A stretch of DNA of 64,000 bases from Clostridia bacterium (lineage in GTDB: Bacteria > Bacillota > Clostridia > UMGS1883): positions 4,588-68,587 of the forward strand of contig JAZUCF010000009.1 of NCBI GenBank assembly GCA_045638945.1, read 5' to 3'. The notes under the pieces are model-generated. The model worked only from the letters and a program-made list of their open reading frames with translations. It made no database searches and was not told where the DNA came from. Position 1 is the first letter of the stretch; each line of letters starts with the position of its first letter. Positions 54,308 to 62,804 of the stretch are shown here, in pieces. The translations under genes were made by a program, and so were the position numbers.

Positions 54308-56046
54308 TACTCCTGCACCTCGCTTTCAATCGCACCAAAGGGACAAAGTCCGCTGCAAACCTCGCAGCCTACGCAGAGAGTTGTGTCAATCTCTGCCTTG
54401 CCGTCGTGCATACTGATTGCCGGACAGCCGAAGGACATACATTTCTTACAGCTCTTACATTTATCCTTGTTAACCGTAAGAGGCTTTTTGGGTTTAACAT
54501 ATTTAAGAAGCACGCAGGGACGTCTTGAAATAATAACTGACGGTTCCTCCGCCGCAAGCTCCTCTTTAAGAGCCTTTTCACACGCTGCAAGGTCGTAGGG
54601 GTCTACAACCGTTACACGGTTTATTCCCACGCTTCTGCAAAGAGTTTCGAGGTCTATTTTTGATGCAGGATCACCCTTTATATTATATCCCGTTGTGGGA
54701 TTCTGCTGATGACCTGTCATACCCGTGATTGAATTATCAAGAATAATAACGGTGGAATTTGAGCCGTTATACGCAATATTAATAAGTCCTGTTACACCGC
54801 TGTGCATAAAGGTGGAATCACCGATTACGCAAACGCTCTTTTTCTCGCTGTCCTCTCCACCAGCCTTATTAAAGCCGTGAAGTCCTGATACAGAGGCACC
54901 CATGCAAAGGGTAGAATCAAGTGCCGTAAGAGGAGGCATTGCACCGAGAGTGTAGCAACCGATATCACCAAGAACGCTTACCTTGTTCTTCGCAAGGACG
55001 TAGTATATACCTCTGTGAGGACAGCCTGCACACATCATCGGAGGACGCATGGGAATATCCATTTCAAGGTCGTATGCCTTTTTAGCTTCCTTACCCATAG
55101 CTTCGGCAATTGTTTTCTGTGAAAATTCACCGATGCAACTGAAAAGTTCCTTGCCTACTACATCTACGCCGATTGTTTTGCAGTGAGTTTCAATGATGCC
55201 GTCAAGCTCCTCAATAACATATACCTTATCCATTTTGGAAGCAAATTCCTTTATGGTTTTTACAGGAAGAGGATTTACAAGACCAAGCTTATAAACGCTC
55301 ACACTGTCGCCGAGTGCTTCCTTAACGTACTGATAGCTTGCACCGGATGTGATAACACCGATTTTTGAATCTGTATATTCTATGCGATTAAACTCGCAGT
55401 TTTCCGCAAATTCTGTAAGACGGGCTGTTCTTTCTTCAACGAAAGGATGGCGTTTCTTTGCATTGCCAGGCATCATAATATATTTAGCCGGATTCTTTTC
55501 ATATGCTTTAACTCCTGCTTCCACTCTTTCCCCTGTTTCCACAATGCTCTGTGAATGAGCAATTCTCGTGCACATTCTGAAAAGAACGGGGGTGTCAAAG
55601 TTTTCTGAAAGCTCAAAGGCTTTTTTTGCAAATTCATAGGATTCCTGCGAATCGGCAGGCTCAAGCATGGGAACTTTTGCACCAATTGCATAATGACGGG
55701 AATCCTGTTCATTCTGTGATGAGTGCATTCCGGGGTCGTCTGCCACGCAGATAACCATACCGCCGTTTACACCTGTGTAAGACAGAGTGAAAAGCGGGTC
55801 AGCCGCAACATTAAGACCAACGTGCTTCATTGCACAAGCTGTTCTTGCACCCTGAAGTGATGCACCGAAGGACACCTCGCAGGCTACCTTTTCATTGGGA
55901 GCCCATTCGCAGTACATTTCATCATATTTTGCCGCAAATTCGGTTATTTCTGTGCTGGGCGTTCCGGGGTAGGAGCTGATTACATTACATCCTGCCTCGT
56001 ACAGACCGCGGGCAACAGCGGCATTACCGATAAGTAATTCTTTCAT
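54307..56046 (-). CDS. iorA: indolepyruvate:ferredoxin oxidoreductase subunit alpha
   Basis: 579 aa with a TPP-binding region (GDSTFMHSG) and a C-terminal 2x[4Fe-4S] region (CKSCKKCMSFGCP...CVGCEVCSGLCP). Confidence 0.93.
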   Translation of the reverse strand: MKELLIGNAAVARGLYEAGCNVISSYPGTPSTEITEFAAKYDEMYCEWAPNEKVACEVSFGASLQGARTACAMKHVGLNVAADPLFTLSYTGVNGGMVICVADDPGMHSSQNEQDSRHYAIGAKVPMLEPADSQESYEFAKKAFELSENFDTPVLFRMCTRIAHSQSIVETGERVEAGVKAYEKNPAKYIMMPGNAKKRHPFVEERTARLTEFAENCEFNRIEYTDSKIGVITSGASYQYVKEALGDSVSVYKLGLVNPLPVKTIKEFASKMDKVYVIEELDGIIETHCKTIGVDVVGKELFSCIGEFSQKTIAEAMGKEAKKAYDLEMDIPMRPPMMCAGCPHRGIYYVLAKNKVSVLGDIGCYTLGAMPPLTALDSTLCMGASVSGLHGFNKAGGEDSEKKSVCVIGDSTFMHSGVTGLINIAYNGSNSTVIILDNSITGMTGHQQNPTTGYNIKGDPASKIDLETLCRSVGINRVTVVDPYDLAACEKALKEELAAEEPSVIISRRPCVLLKYVKPKKPLTVNKDKCKSCKKCMSFGCPAISMHDGKAEIDTTLCVGCEVCSGLCPFGAIESEVQE

Positions 56047-56066
56047 TTTATATCTTTCCTTTCGGG

Positions 56067-57377
56067 TTATTTCTGATTTCTGAGGTCTAAAATTCTTTTA
56101 GCTTTACCTTGGAAGCGTTCAAGAGTTTTCGGAGGAACAAGGGTGATTTTCGCCTGAAGTCCAAGCACGCTCTTAATTCTTTCCTGTATAAGACGAATCA
56201 GTTTTTCAAGCTCGCCATAGTTTTCAAGTACGCTTGCATCCAGAAGCTCAACCTTAATTTCAAGAGTATCCTTGAAATTGCCCTCTCTGCGTACTACAAG
56301 CTGATAATGAGGTCCGATTTTATCAATATTGATAAGCACACTTTCAATCTGTGTGGGGAATACATTAACGCCCTTGATAATAAGCATATCGTCTGTTCTT
56401 CCCTTGGTCTTACTCATTCTAACGTGAGTTCTTCCGCACTTACACGGCTCGTAATCAAGAGTTGTAATATCACGTGTTCTGTAACGAAGAACAGGCATAC
56501 CCTGCTTTGTAAGAGTAGTAACGATAAGCTCACCCGTTTCTCCCGAAGCAAGTCTTTTTCCTGTATCGGGATCTACGATTTCGGGCAGGAAATGATCCTC
56601 TGCAAAGTGCATTCCGTCACGCTCAAAGCAGTCGCCGCTTACGCCGGGACCGCCAAGCTCTGTCATACCGTAGTTATCTGAAACGTAAATGCCCAAATTC
56701 TTTTCAATTGTTTCACGCATTTCGGGTGTACACGGCTCGCTTCCCAATATACCAAGCTTTAATTTATAAGCATCGAGAGGATATTCTCCCTCTTTCACTG
56801 CTTCACTAAGGTAGAGTGCATATGAGGGAGTTGCAACAAGACCTGTTACTCCAAGGTCACGCATCATCATAAGCTGCTTTTCGGTATTGCCCGATGACAT
56901 AGGAATAACCATTGCACCAAGCTTTTCAAGACCATAATGAAGTCCGAGTGCACCTGTGAATAGTCCGTAACCGAAAGAAATCTGAATGATATCCTCATCA
57001 GTTACACCACCTGCGGCACAAACACGGGCAACGCAGTCGCTCCAGATGTCAATATCCTGCTTGGTATAAACGCCTACCGTGGGCTTACCTGTAGTACCGC
57101 TGGAGGCGTGTACACGGACAATGTCCTTATGCGGAACGGCAACCATACCGAAAGGATAATTGTCACGGAACTCGCTCTTTTCAGTAAAGGGTATGTACTC
57201 GATATCGGAAAGCTGTTTAATTTTGCTTCCGTCTCCTACCCCTGCCTTATCAAGCTTGTCATGATAAAATTTAGTATTGTTATAGCAATATGCCACGATG
57301 TTTTTAAGACGCTCAAGCTGAAGTGCTTCAAGTTCCTTACGGGGCATTGTTTCTATATCTTTCTGGAAAAAGTTCAT
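56067..57377 (-). CDS. paaK: phenylacetate-CoA ligase family (PaaK-like) adenylate-forming enzyme, copy 1
   Basis: ASSGTTGKPTV, YGMTE and KGVNVFPTQIE. 436 aa. Confidence 0.88.
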   Translation of the reverse strand: MNFFQKDIETMPRKELEALQLERLKNIVAYCYNNTKFYHDKLDKAGVGDGSKIKQLSDIEYIPFTEKSEFRDNYPFGMVAVPHKDIVRVHASSGTTGKPTVGVYTKQDIDIWSDCVARVCAAGGVTDEDIIQISFGYGLFTGALGLHYGLEKLGAMVIPMSSGNTEKQLMMMRDLGVTGLVATPSYALYLSEAVKEGEYPLDAYKLKLGILGSEPCTPEMRETIEKNLGIYVSDNYGMTELGGPGVSGDCFERDGMHFAEDHFLPEIVDPDTGKRLASGETGELIVTTLTKQGMPVLRYRTRDITTLDYEPCKCGRTHVRMSKTKGRTDDMLIIKGVNVFPTQIESVLINIDKIGPHYQLVVRREGNFKDTLEIKVELLDASVLENYGELEKLIRLIQERIKSVLGLQAKITLVPPKTLERFQGKAKRILDLRNQK

Positions 57378-57420
57378 TTATGAAACCTTCCTTTCATAGT
57401 TATCCATTTTAACAGAATAT

Positions 57421-57429
57421 ATTGTACCA
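57421..57429 (-). promoter_or_regulatory. candidate extended -10 (TGgTACAAT) of the proximal paaK promoter
   Basis: Minus sense reads TGGTACAAT, about 45 nt upstream of ATG 57377. No convincing -35 is present. Confidence 0.35.
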
Positions 57430-57506
57430 TACTTTTTTGTGTTTTCATAGTGTTTTTTTATTAATTAACTCATTTTTTGTAACGTTTTTTGCGGAATTGG
57501 TCAGCA

Positions 57507-57554
57507 GCAAAAGGGTATAACAAACCCATATGAGGATTCATTATACCCTTTTGC
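57507..57554. other. 14-bp perfect stem-loop
   Basis: GCAAAAGGGTATAA-(20 nt)-TTATACCCTTTTGC. Confidence 0.7.
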
Positions 57555-57583
57555 CTTTGTCTGTGTCGCAACAATCGGGGTGC

Positions 57584-57650
57584 ATATCCCAACTTGGGAC
57601 AATTAGATTATAACATATAATCAGAGTAAATTTATCCCAAGTTGGGATAT
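57584..57650. promoter_or_regulatory. pair of 16-nt palindromic boxes flanking an extended -10
   Basis: ATATCCCAACTTGGGA (57584-57599) and TCCCAAGTTGGGATAT (57635-57650). Each core CCCAA-S-TTGGG is itself palindromic. The minus-sense TGTTATAAT lies at 57615-57607. Confidence 0.5.
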
Positions 57651-57674
57651 ACGAAAAAATTTTTTAAAAACCAC

Positions 57675-57717
57675 AAAAAGGCTTCTATAACGATGCTGCA
57701 GCATCGTCATAGAAGCC
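57675..57717 (-). terminator. Rho-independent terminator after rplQ
   Basis: Minus sense reads GGCTTCTATGACGATGCTGCAGCATCGTTATAGAAGCC followed by TTTTTGTGGTTTTT. Confidence 0.88.
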
Positions 57718-57734
57718 TTTTTTATTTGTGTTGA

Positions 57735-58079
57735 TTAGTCAACAAGCTTAATGATAGCCATGGGAGCATTGTCACCACGACGTACGCCTGTCTTAATAAT
57801 CTGTGTGTAACCGCCGTTACGTTCTGCGTATTTGGGAGCAAGCTCCTCGAATACCTTCTTAACAACATCTTCTTTTGTGATGAAGCTAAGAGCCTGTCTT
57901 CTTGCATGAAGGTCGCCGCGCTTTCCGAGAGTAATCATATTCTCAGCAAGGGGACGAACTTCCTTTGCACGAGTTACAGTTGTTTCGATTTTGCCATTTT
58001 CCAAAAGAGCAGTAACCATACCGCGGAGCATAGCCATTCTCTGGTCGGTAGGACGACCGAGTTTTCTTGTTCCAGCCAT
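57735..58079 (-). CDS. rplQ: 50S ribosomal protein L17
   Basis: 114 aa starting [14 protein letters not shown]. Position after rpoA. Confidence 0.98.
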   Translation of the reverse strand: MAGTRKLGRPTDQRMAMLRGMVTALLENGKIETTVTRAKEVRPLAENMITLGKRGDLHARRQALSFITKEDVVKKVFEELAPKYAERNGGYTQIIKTGVRRGDNAPMAIIKLVD

Positions 58080-58122
58080 TTAGGTTTCCTCCTTCAAAAC
58101 TTCTGATAAGTCAAATTATGAA

Positions 58123-59079
58123 TTAGTCTTCATCGGGAGCAAAGCCAAGCTTGAGTTCTTTAAGTTTACCGATAACTTCCTCAAGTGACTTACGTCCCAG
58201 ATTTCTTACCTTCACCATTTCTTCTTCCTTACGGAGAGTAAGGTCTTCAACAGTGTTGATACCTGCTCTCTTAAGGCAGTTGTAGGAACGAACGGAAAGG
58301 TCAAGCTCTTCAATAGTCATATCAAGAACTTTTTCTTTCTTTGTTTCTTCCTTTTCAACCATAGTTTCAACATTCATAGCTTCGTCTGTAAGCTGGATGA
58401 AGAGCATCATATGATCGTTAATAATCTTTGCAGAAAGGCTGATTGCCTCGTCCGCAGTTTTGGTGCCGTTTGTCCATACTTCAACCGTAAGCTTGTCGAA
58501 ATCTGTGTTCTGTCCTACACGGGTGTTTTCCACGTAGTAGTTTACCTTTTCAACAGGAGTGTAGATAGAATCCACGGGAATAAGACCGATAAGGGGCTGA
58601 AGAAGCGCCTTGTTCTTTTCTGCGGAAACATATCCTCTGCCTCTGTTGATAGTAATCTCCATGTACAACTTAGCATCTTCGTTTAAGGTTGCAATGTGAA
58701 GGTCACCGTTGATGATTTCAACATCGCTGTCAGTTTTGATATCGCGTGCACAAAGCTCGCCTGCGCCCTCTGCCTCAATATAGACAGTTTTGGGGCCGTC
58801 AGAATGAAGCTTTATTATAACCTGCTTCATATTGAGAACAATCTCGCTGACATCTTCCTTAACACCGGGAATTGTTGAAAATTCATGCTGTACATTTTCA
58901 ATCTTGATAGATGAAATTGCAGCACCTTCGAGAGATGAAAGCATCATTCTGCGAAGTGAATTTCCAAGGGTTGTACCGTATCCGCGCTGAAGCGGAGCTA
59001 CAGTGTATTTACCGTAAGAACCATCCTCGCTGAGCTCTACTCGCTCAACACGAGGCTTTTCAAATCTTAAATCAGTCAT
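58123..59079 (-). CDS. rpoA: DNA-directed RNA polymerase subunit alpha
   Basis: 318 aa with [12 protein letters not shown] and the C-terminal domain motif [16 protein letters not shown]. Confidence 0.98.
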   Translation of the reverse strand: MTDLRFEKPRVERVELSEDGSYGKYTVAPLQRGYGTTLGNSLRRMMLSSLEGAAISSIKIENVQHEFSTIPGVKEDVSEIVLNMKQVIIKLHSDGPKTVYIEAEGAGELCARDIKTDSDVEIINGDLHIATLNEDAKLYMEITINRGRGYVSAEKNKALLQPLIGLIPVDSIYTPVEKVNYYVENTRVGQNTDFDKLTVEVWTNGTKTADEAISLSAKIINDHMMLFIQLTDEAMNVETMVEKEETKKEKVLDMTIEELDLSVRSYNCLKRAGINTVEDLTLRKEEEMVKVRNLGRKSLEEVIGKLKELKLGFAPDED

Positions 59080-59115
59080 TTAAATAACCCTCCCACTTTT
59101 TTATTTAATATAAAA

Positions 59116-59149
59116 TACCCGAGGGTACAGGCAGATATAAAATCTGCCT
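59116..59149 (-). promoter_or_regulatory. two adjacent small hairpins between rpsD and rpoA (possible partial terminator or processing site)
   Basis: Minus sense reads AGGCAGAT-tttat-ATCTGCCT, then TACC-ctcg-GGTA, followed by TTTTATATT. Confidence 0.3.
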
Positions 59150-59155
59150 TAGCTA

Positions 59156-59782
59156 TTACTTGGAGTACAACTCAACGATAAGTGTTTCGTTGATCTCGTA
59201 TTCGATGTCTTCACGCTTAGCAAGATTAAGAACCTTTACGCTGTGAGCGTTGGCATCGAGCTGGAGCCAAGCAGGAACATTCTTTCCTTCGTTAGCTTCA
59301 AGTACTGCTTTAATCTTGGGAGAATCCTTGCTCTTATCAGTAAGTGCGATAACATCGCCTTCCTTGATAATATAAGAAGGAATATTTACTTTCTTACCGT
59401 TTACTGTAAAATGACCATGTCTTACAAGCTGACGTGCTTCAGGACGGCTCATACCGAAGCCTGCTCTGTAGCATACGTTGTCAAGACGGCTTTCGCAAAG
59501 TGTAAGAAGGTTTTCACCGACAATACCGCTCTTCTTGGAAGCGAGCTCGAAGTAATGAGCAAACTGCTTCTCAGCGATACCGTAGTATCTCTTAACTTTC
59601 TGCTTTTCGCGAAGCTGAAGACCGTATTCGGAAATCTTCTTTCTGCCCTGGCCATGCTGACCGGGAGCATACTCACGTCTTGCGATAGCACATTTGTCAG
59701 AATAACATCTGTCGCCCTTCAAAAAGAGCTTCTGTCCTTCACGGCGGCAAAGTCTGCACACCGCATCTGTATATCTTGCCAT
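59156..59782 (-). CDS. rpsD: 30S ribosomal protein S4
   Basis: 208 aa starting [16 protein letters not shown], with a zinc-ribbon type N-terminus and an S4 domain. Confidence 0.98.
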   Translation of the reverse strand: MARYTDAVCRLCRREGQKLFLKGDRCYSDKCAIARREYAPGQHGQGRKKISEYGLQLREKQKVKRYYGIAEKQFAHYFELASKKSGIVGENLLTLCESRLDNVCYRAGFGMSRPEARQLVRHGHFTVNGKKVNIPSYIIKEGDVIALTDKSKDSPKIKAVLEANEGKNVPAWLQLDANAHSVKVLNLAKREDIEYEINETLIVELYSK

Positions 59783-59800
59783 ATTACTTTCGCACCTCCA

Positions 59801-60196
59801 TCACACTCTTCTTCTTTTGGGCGGACGGCAACCATTGTGAGGAATAGGAGTTACGTCCTTAATCATGCTAACTTCAAGACCTGCTGCCTGAAGTGCACGG
59901 ATTGCTGCCTCACGACCTGCGCCGGGACCCTTAACGAAAACTTCTACAGTCTTCAGACCATGCTCCATAGCTGCCTTTGCAGCTGTTTCTGCTGCCATCT
60001 GAGCAGCAAAGGGAGTGCTCTTCTTAGAACCACGGAAACCAAGTCCGCCGGCACTTGCCCAGGAAAGAGCGTTACCGTTTACGTCGGTCATGGTTACGAT
60101 TGTGTTGTTAAATGTGCTGCGGATATGTGCTGCACCGCGCTCGATATTCTTGCGCTCTTTTCTCTTACGAGTTACTTTTTTAACTGCCTTAGCCAT
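59801..60196 (-). CDS. rpsK: 30S ribosomal protein S11
   Basis: 131 aa with the C-terminal motif [17 protein letters not shown]. Confidence 0.98.
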   Translation of the reverse strand: MAKAVKKVTRKRKERKNIERGAAHIRSTFNNTIVTMTDVNGNALSWASAGGLGFRGSKKSTPFAAQMAAETAAKAAMEHGLKTVEVFVKGPGAGREAAIRALQAAGLEVSMIKDVTPIPHNGCRPPKRRRV

Positions 60197-60208
60197 GCTC
60201 TCTCCTCC

Positions 60209-60577
60209 TTACTTCTTCTTATTAGCAATTGTGCGCTTGGGACCCTTACGGGTTCTTGCGTTTGTCTTTGTTCTCTGACCTCTTACGGGGAGTCCTTTTC
60301 TGTGACGGATACCTCTGTAAGAGCCGATTTCAGTAAGACGCTTAATGTTAAGCGCTACTTCACGGCGAAGGTCACCTTCAACTGTAAATTCTTTGTCTAT
60401 TGCTTCTCTGATCTTACCAATTTCATCCTCTGTAAGGTCTTTTACACGAGTATCGGGATTGATACCTGTTGCCTCAAGGATTTTCTTTGCGCTTGTTCTG
60501 CCAATACCGTAAACATATGTGAGACCAATCTCAACTCTCTTTTCACGGGGCAGGTCAACACCGGCTATTCTCGCCAT
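60209..60577 (-). CDS. rpsM: 30S ribosomal protein S13
   Basis: 122 aa starting [26 protein letters not shown]. Confidence 0.98.
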   Translation of the reverse strand: MARIAGVDLPREKRVEIGLTYVYGIGRTSAKKILEATGINPDTRVKDLTEDEIGKIREAIDKEFTVEGDLRREVALNIKRLTEIGSYRGIRHRKGLPVRGQRTKTNARTRKGPKRTIANKKK

Positions 60578-60697
60578 CTGTTAATACACCTCCAAAAATT
60601 AAATGAAACATACTTTTATTGGATTAGGGGTAATTGATTATGCGTTTTGGGCAATCATACAAAATGATTTCAGCCGCGCCCTTAACGGACTAAAAAA

Positions 60698-60826
<129 letters not shown>

Positions 60827-60862
60827 CTAACGCTCAGGCACAAGACGTGCCTTACATTTTGT

Positions 60863-61081
60863 TTATTTTGCTCGCCAAGTGATTCTTCCGCGAGTGAGGT
60901 CATAGGGGGAAAGTTCCACCGTAACCTTGTCGCCGGGCAAAATCCTTATAAAGTTCATCCTTAACTTACCGGAAATATGTGCCAGGATTTGATGACCGTT
61001 TTCCAGTTCAACCTGAAACATTGCATTTGGCAAAGCTTCAAGAACGGTGCCTTCAAGTTCTAATACATCTTCTTTAGCCAA
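60863..61081 (-). CDS. infA: translation initiation factor IF-1
   Basis: The track ORF extends to 61201. The conserved IF-1 N-terminus (M)[12 protein letters not shown] starts at TTG 61081, preceded by GGAGG. 72 aa. Confidence 0.93.
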   Translation of the reverse strand: MAKEDVLELEGTVLEALPNAMFQVELENGHQILAHISGKLRMNFIRILPGDKVTVELSPYDLTRGRITWRAK

Positions 61082-61094
61082 GGTTACAACCTCC

Positions 61095-61361
61095 TTATTT
61101 TTTACAAATGCTTGAATCAATACATTTGTCGAAGCCTTTAAGTGCTTTTCTGATGTGAGCATCATAGAGCGGATTATATACCGACAAATCAATATACACA
61201 CCCATATCTATGAGATGCTTTATATTTTTCTTTTTCGGGTTTGATAAAAGCTTATTTTTTCCGTCGCTTATAAAGAGAAAATTTTCCTCTTTCTTAAGCA
61301 CGACATATAAGCTTCCTTTATCGTGACCCGAAAGCGACATTACAACCGTTCCCGTTTTCAT
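61095..61361 (-). CDS. KOW domain-containing RNA-binding protein
   Basis: 88 aa starting [22 protein letters not shown], a KOW motif. Occupies the conserved slot between map and infA seen in many Clostridia. Confidence 0.8.
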   Translation of the reverse strand: MKTGTVVMSLSGHDKGSLYVVLKKEENFLFISDGKNKLLSNPKKKNIKHLIDMGVYIDLSVYNPLYDAHIRKALKGFDKCIDSSICKK

Positions 61362-61369
61362 ACAATCAC

Positions 61370-62119
61370 CTATACTGTAAGGAAAACAGGACCGTTCGGC
61401 GTAATCGCAACGGTATTTTCATAGTGAGCAGAAAGTGCTCTGTCACTTGTCCTTACCGTCCAGCCGTCACTCTGGTCGAAGTCAACGTCTTTTGAGCCTG
61501 CGTTTATCATAGGCTCAATGGCAATTACCATGCCATTACAAAGCCGTTTCCCCCTGCCGCTGTTTCCGAAATTCGGAATATCGGGCTCTTCGTGCAGGTT
61601 TTTTCCTACACCGTGCCCCACAAGCTCACGTACAACACCGTAGCCATTTTCTTCTGCAAGGCTTTGCACTGCAAATCCGATGTCTCCGATTCTGTTTCCG
61701 TGAACTGCCATCTGGGCACCCCGCATAAAACACTGCTTTGTCACATCAATTAGCCGTTGGGCTTCTTTTGAAATATTTCCTACCGGATAGGTTCTCGCCG
61801 CGTCTGCGTGATAACCATTTAGATAAGCACCTACATCTACGCTTACTATGTCGCCTTCTTTAAGAATAACCTTTTTGGAGGGTATTCCGTGAACTACTAC
61901 ACAGTTAGGTGAAATGCAGCTTGCCGCAGGGAAGCCATTGTAGTTTTTAAAGGACGGGTAAGCCTTGTGACTTACTATGACCTTCTCAATCTGAGAGTTA
62001 ATTTCCCATGTTGTTATCCCGGGTTTTATAATCTCTCCTGCAAGCATAAGAGCTTCTGCCACAATTTTTCCTGCTTCTCTTATCTTTTCTATTTCTTGTG
62101 ATGATTTTAGAATAATCAT
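61370..62119 (-). CDS. map: type I methionine aminopeptidase
   Basis: 249 aa. Metal ligands lie in VDVGAYLNGYHADAA, GHGVG and IEPM. Confidence 0.97.
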   Translation of the reverse strand: MIILKSSQEIEKIREAGKIVAEALMLAGEIIKPGITTWEINSQIEKVIVSHKAYPSFKNYNGFPAASCISPNCVVVHGIPSKKVILKEGDIVSVDVGAYLNGYHADAARTYPVGNISKEAQRLIDVTKQCFMRGAQMAVHGNRIGDIGFAVQSLAEENGYGVVRELVGHGVGKNLHEEPDIPNFGNSGRGKRLCNGMVIAIEPMINAGSKDVDFDQSDGWTVRTSDRALSAHYENTVAITPNGPVFLTV

Positions 62120-62757
62120 TAACCTTTAACTCCCAATGCTTCCAGAACTGCCTTGGTTGTTTCCTCGATCCCGTCGCATCCGGTAACATTTACCAGAATG
62201 TCTTTCTCGGTAAAGAACGCTATAAGGGGTTCTGTCTGCTCATGATATACGCTAAGGCGTTTGCGGATTGTTTCCGGAACGTCATCGTCACGGGTGATAA
62301 GCACCCCGCCGCACTTATCGCATATGCCGTCCTTTTCAGGAGGGTTAAATTCAACGTGGTACGGTGCTGCACACTGTTTACATTCGCGTCTGCCGCCAAG
62401 TCTCTTTACGATAACCTCGTCGTCGACAACCAAATTAAGTGCACAGTCTAATTCCATACCGATTTTTTCCATCGCACGGGCCTGAGGAAGAGTCCTGGGA
62501 AAGCCGTCTAAAATATAGCCGTTTTCACAGTCCTTTTCCTTAAGACGCTGATTTACCATATCAATTGCCAGTTCATCGGGGATGAGCTGACCCTTATTTA
62601 TATAGTCTTCAGCAATAAGTCCGAGCTGAGTTTTCTCTCTGATGGCATTTCGTATAATTGCTCCTGTGGAGATGTGAGGGATTCCCAGTGTATGGCTGAC
62701 TCTTTCAGCCTGAGTTCCCTTTCCGCCTCCGGGAGGACCCATTATAGTTATTTTCAT
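62119..62757 (-). CDS. adk: adenylate kinase (Zn-lid type)
   Basis: The track ORF starts at 62781. GAAGGGA SD plus ATG 62757 gives the canonical MKITIMGPPGGGKGTQ. The lid carries CKQC...CDKC. Confidence 0.96.
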   Translation of the reverse strand: MKITIMGPPGGGKGTQAERVSHTLGIPHISTGAIIRNAIREKTQLGLIAEDYINKGQLIPDELAIDMVNQRLKEKDCENGYILDGFPRTLPQARAMEKIGMELDCALNLVVDDEVIVKRLGGRRECKQCAAPYHVEFNPPEKDGICDKCGGVLITRDDDVPETIRKRLSVYHEQTEPLIAFFTEKDILVNVTGCDGIEETTKAVLEALGVKG

Positions 62758-62804
62758 ACTTTCCCTTCTTTCAGGATGCAAACTACCAAATTCCTGTCTA
62801 CAAA

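Noticed and set aside
59243-60637. A 464-aa plus-strand ORF running antisense across rpsD, rpsK and rpsM.
   Set aside because: It lies exactly opposite three highly conserved ribosomal protein genes. Its translation is Cys/Leu/Ser/Thr-rich and low in complexity. It has no SD or family resemblance. Long stop-free antisense frames are expected opposite codon-biased genes.
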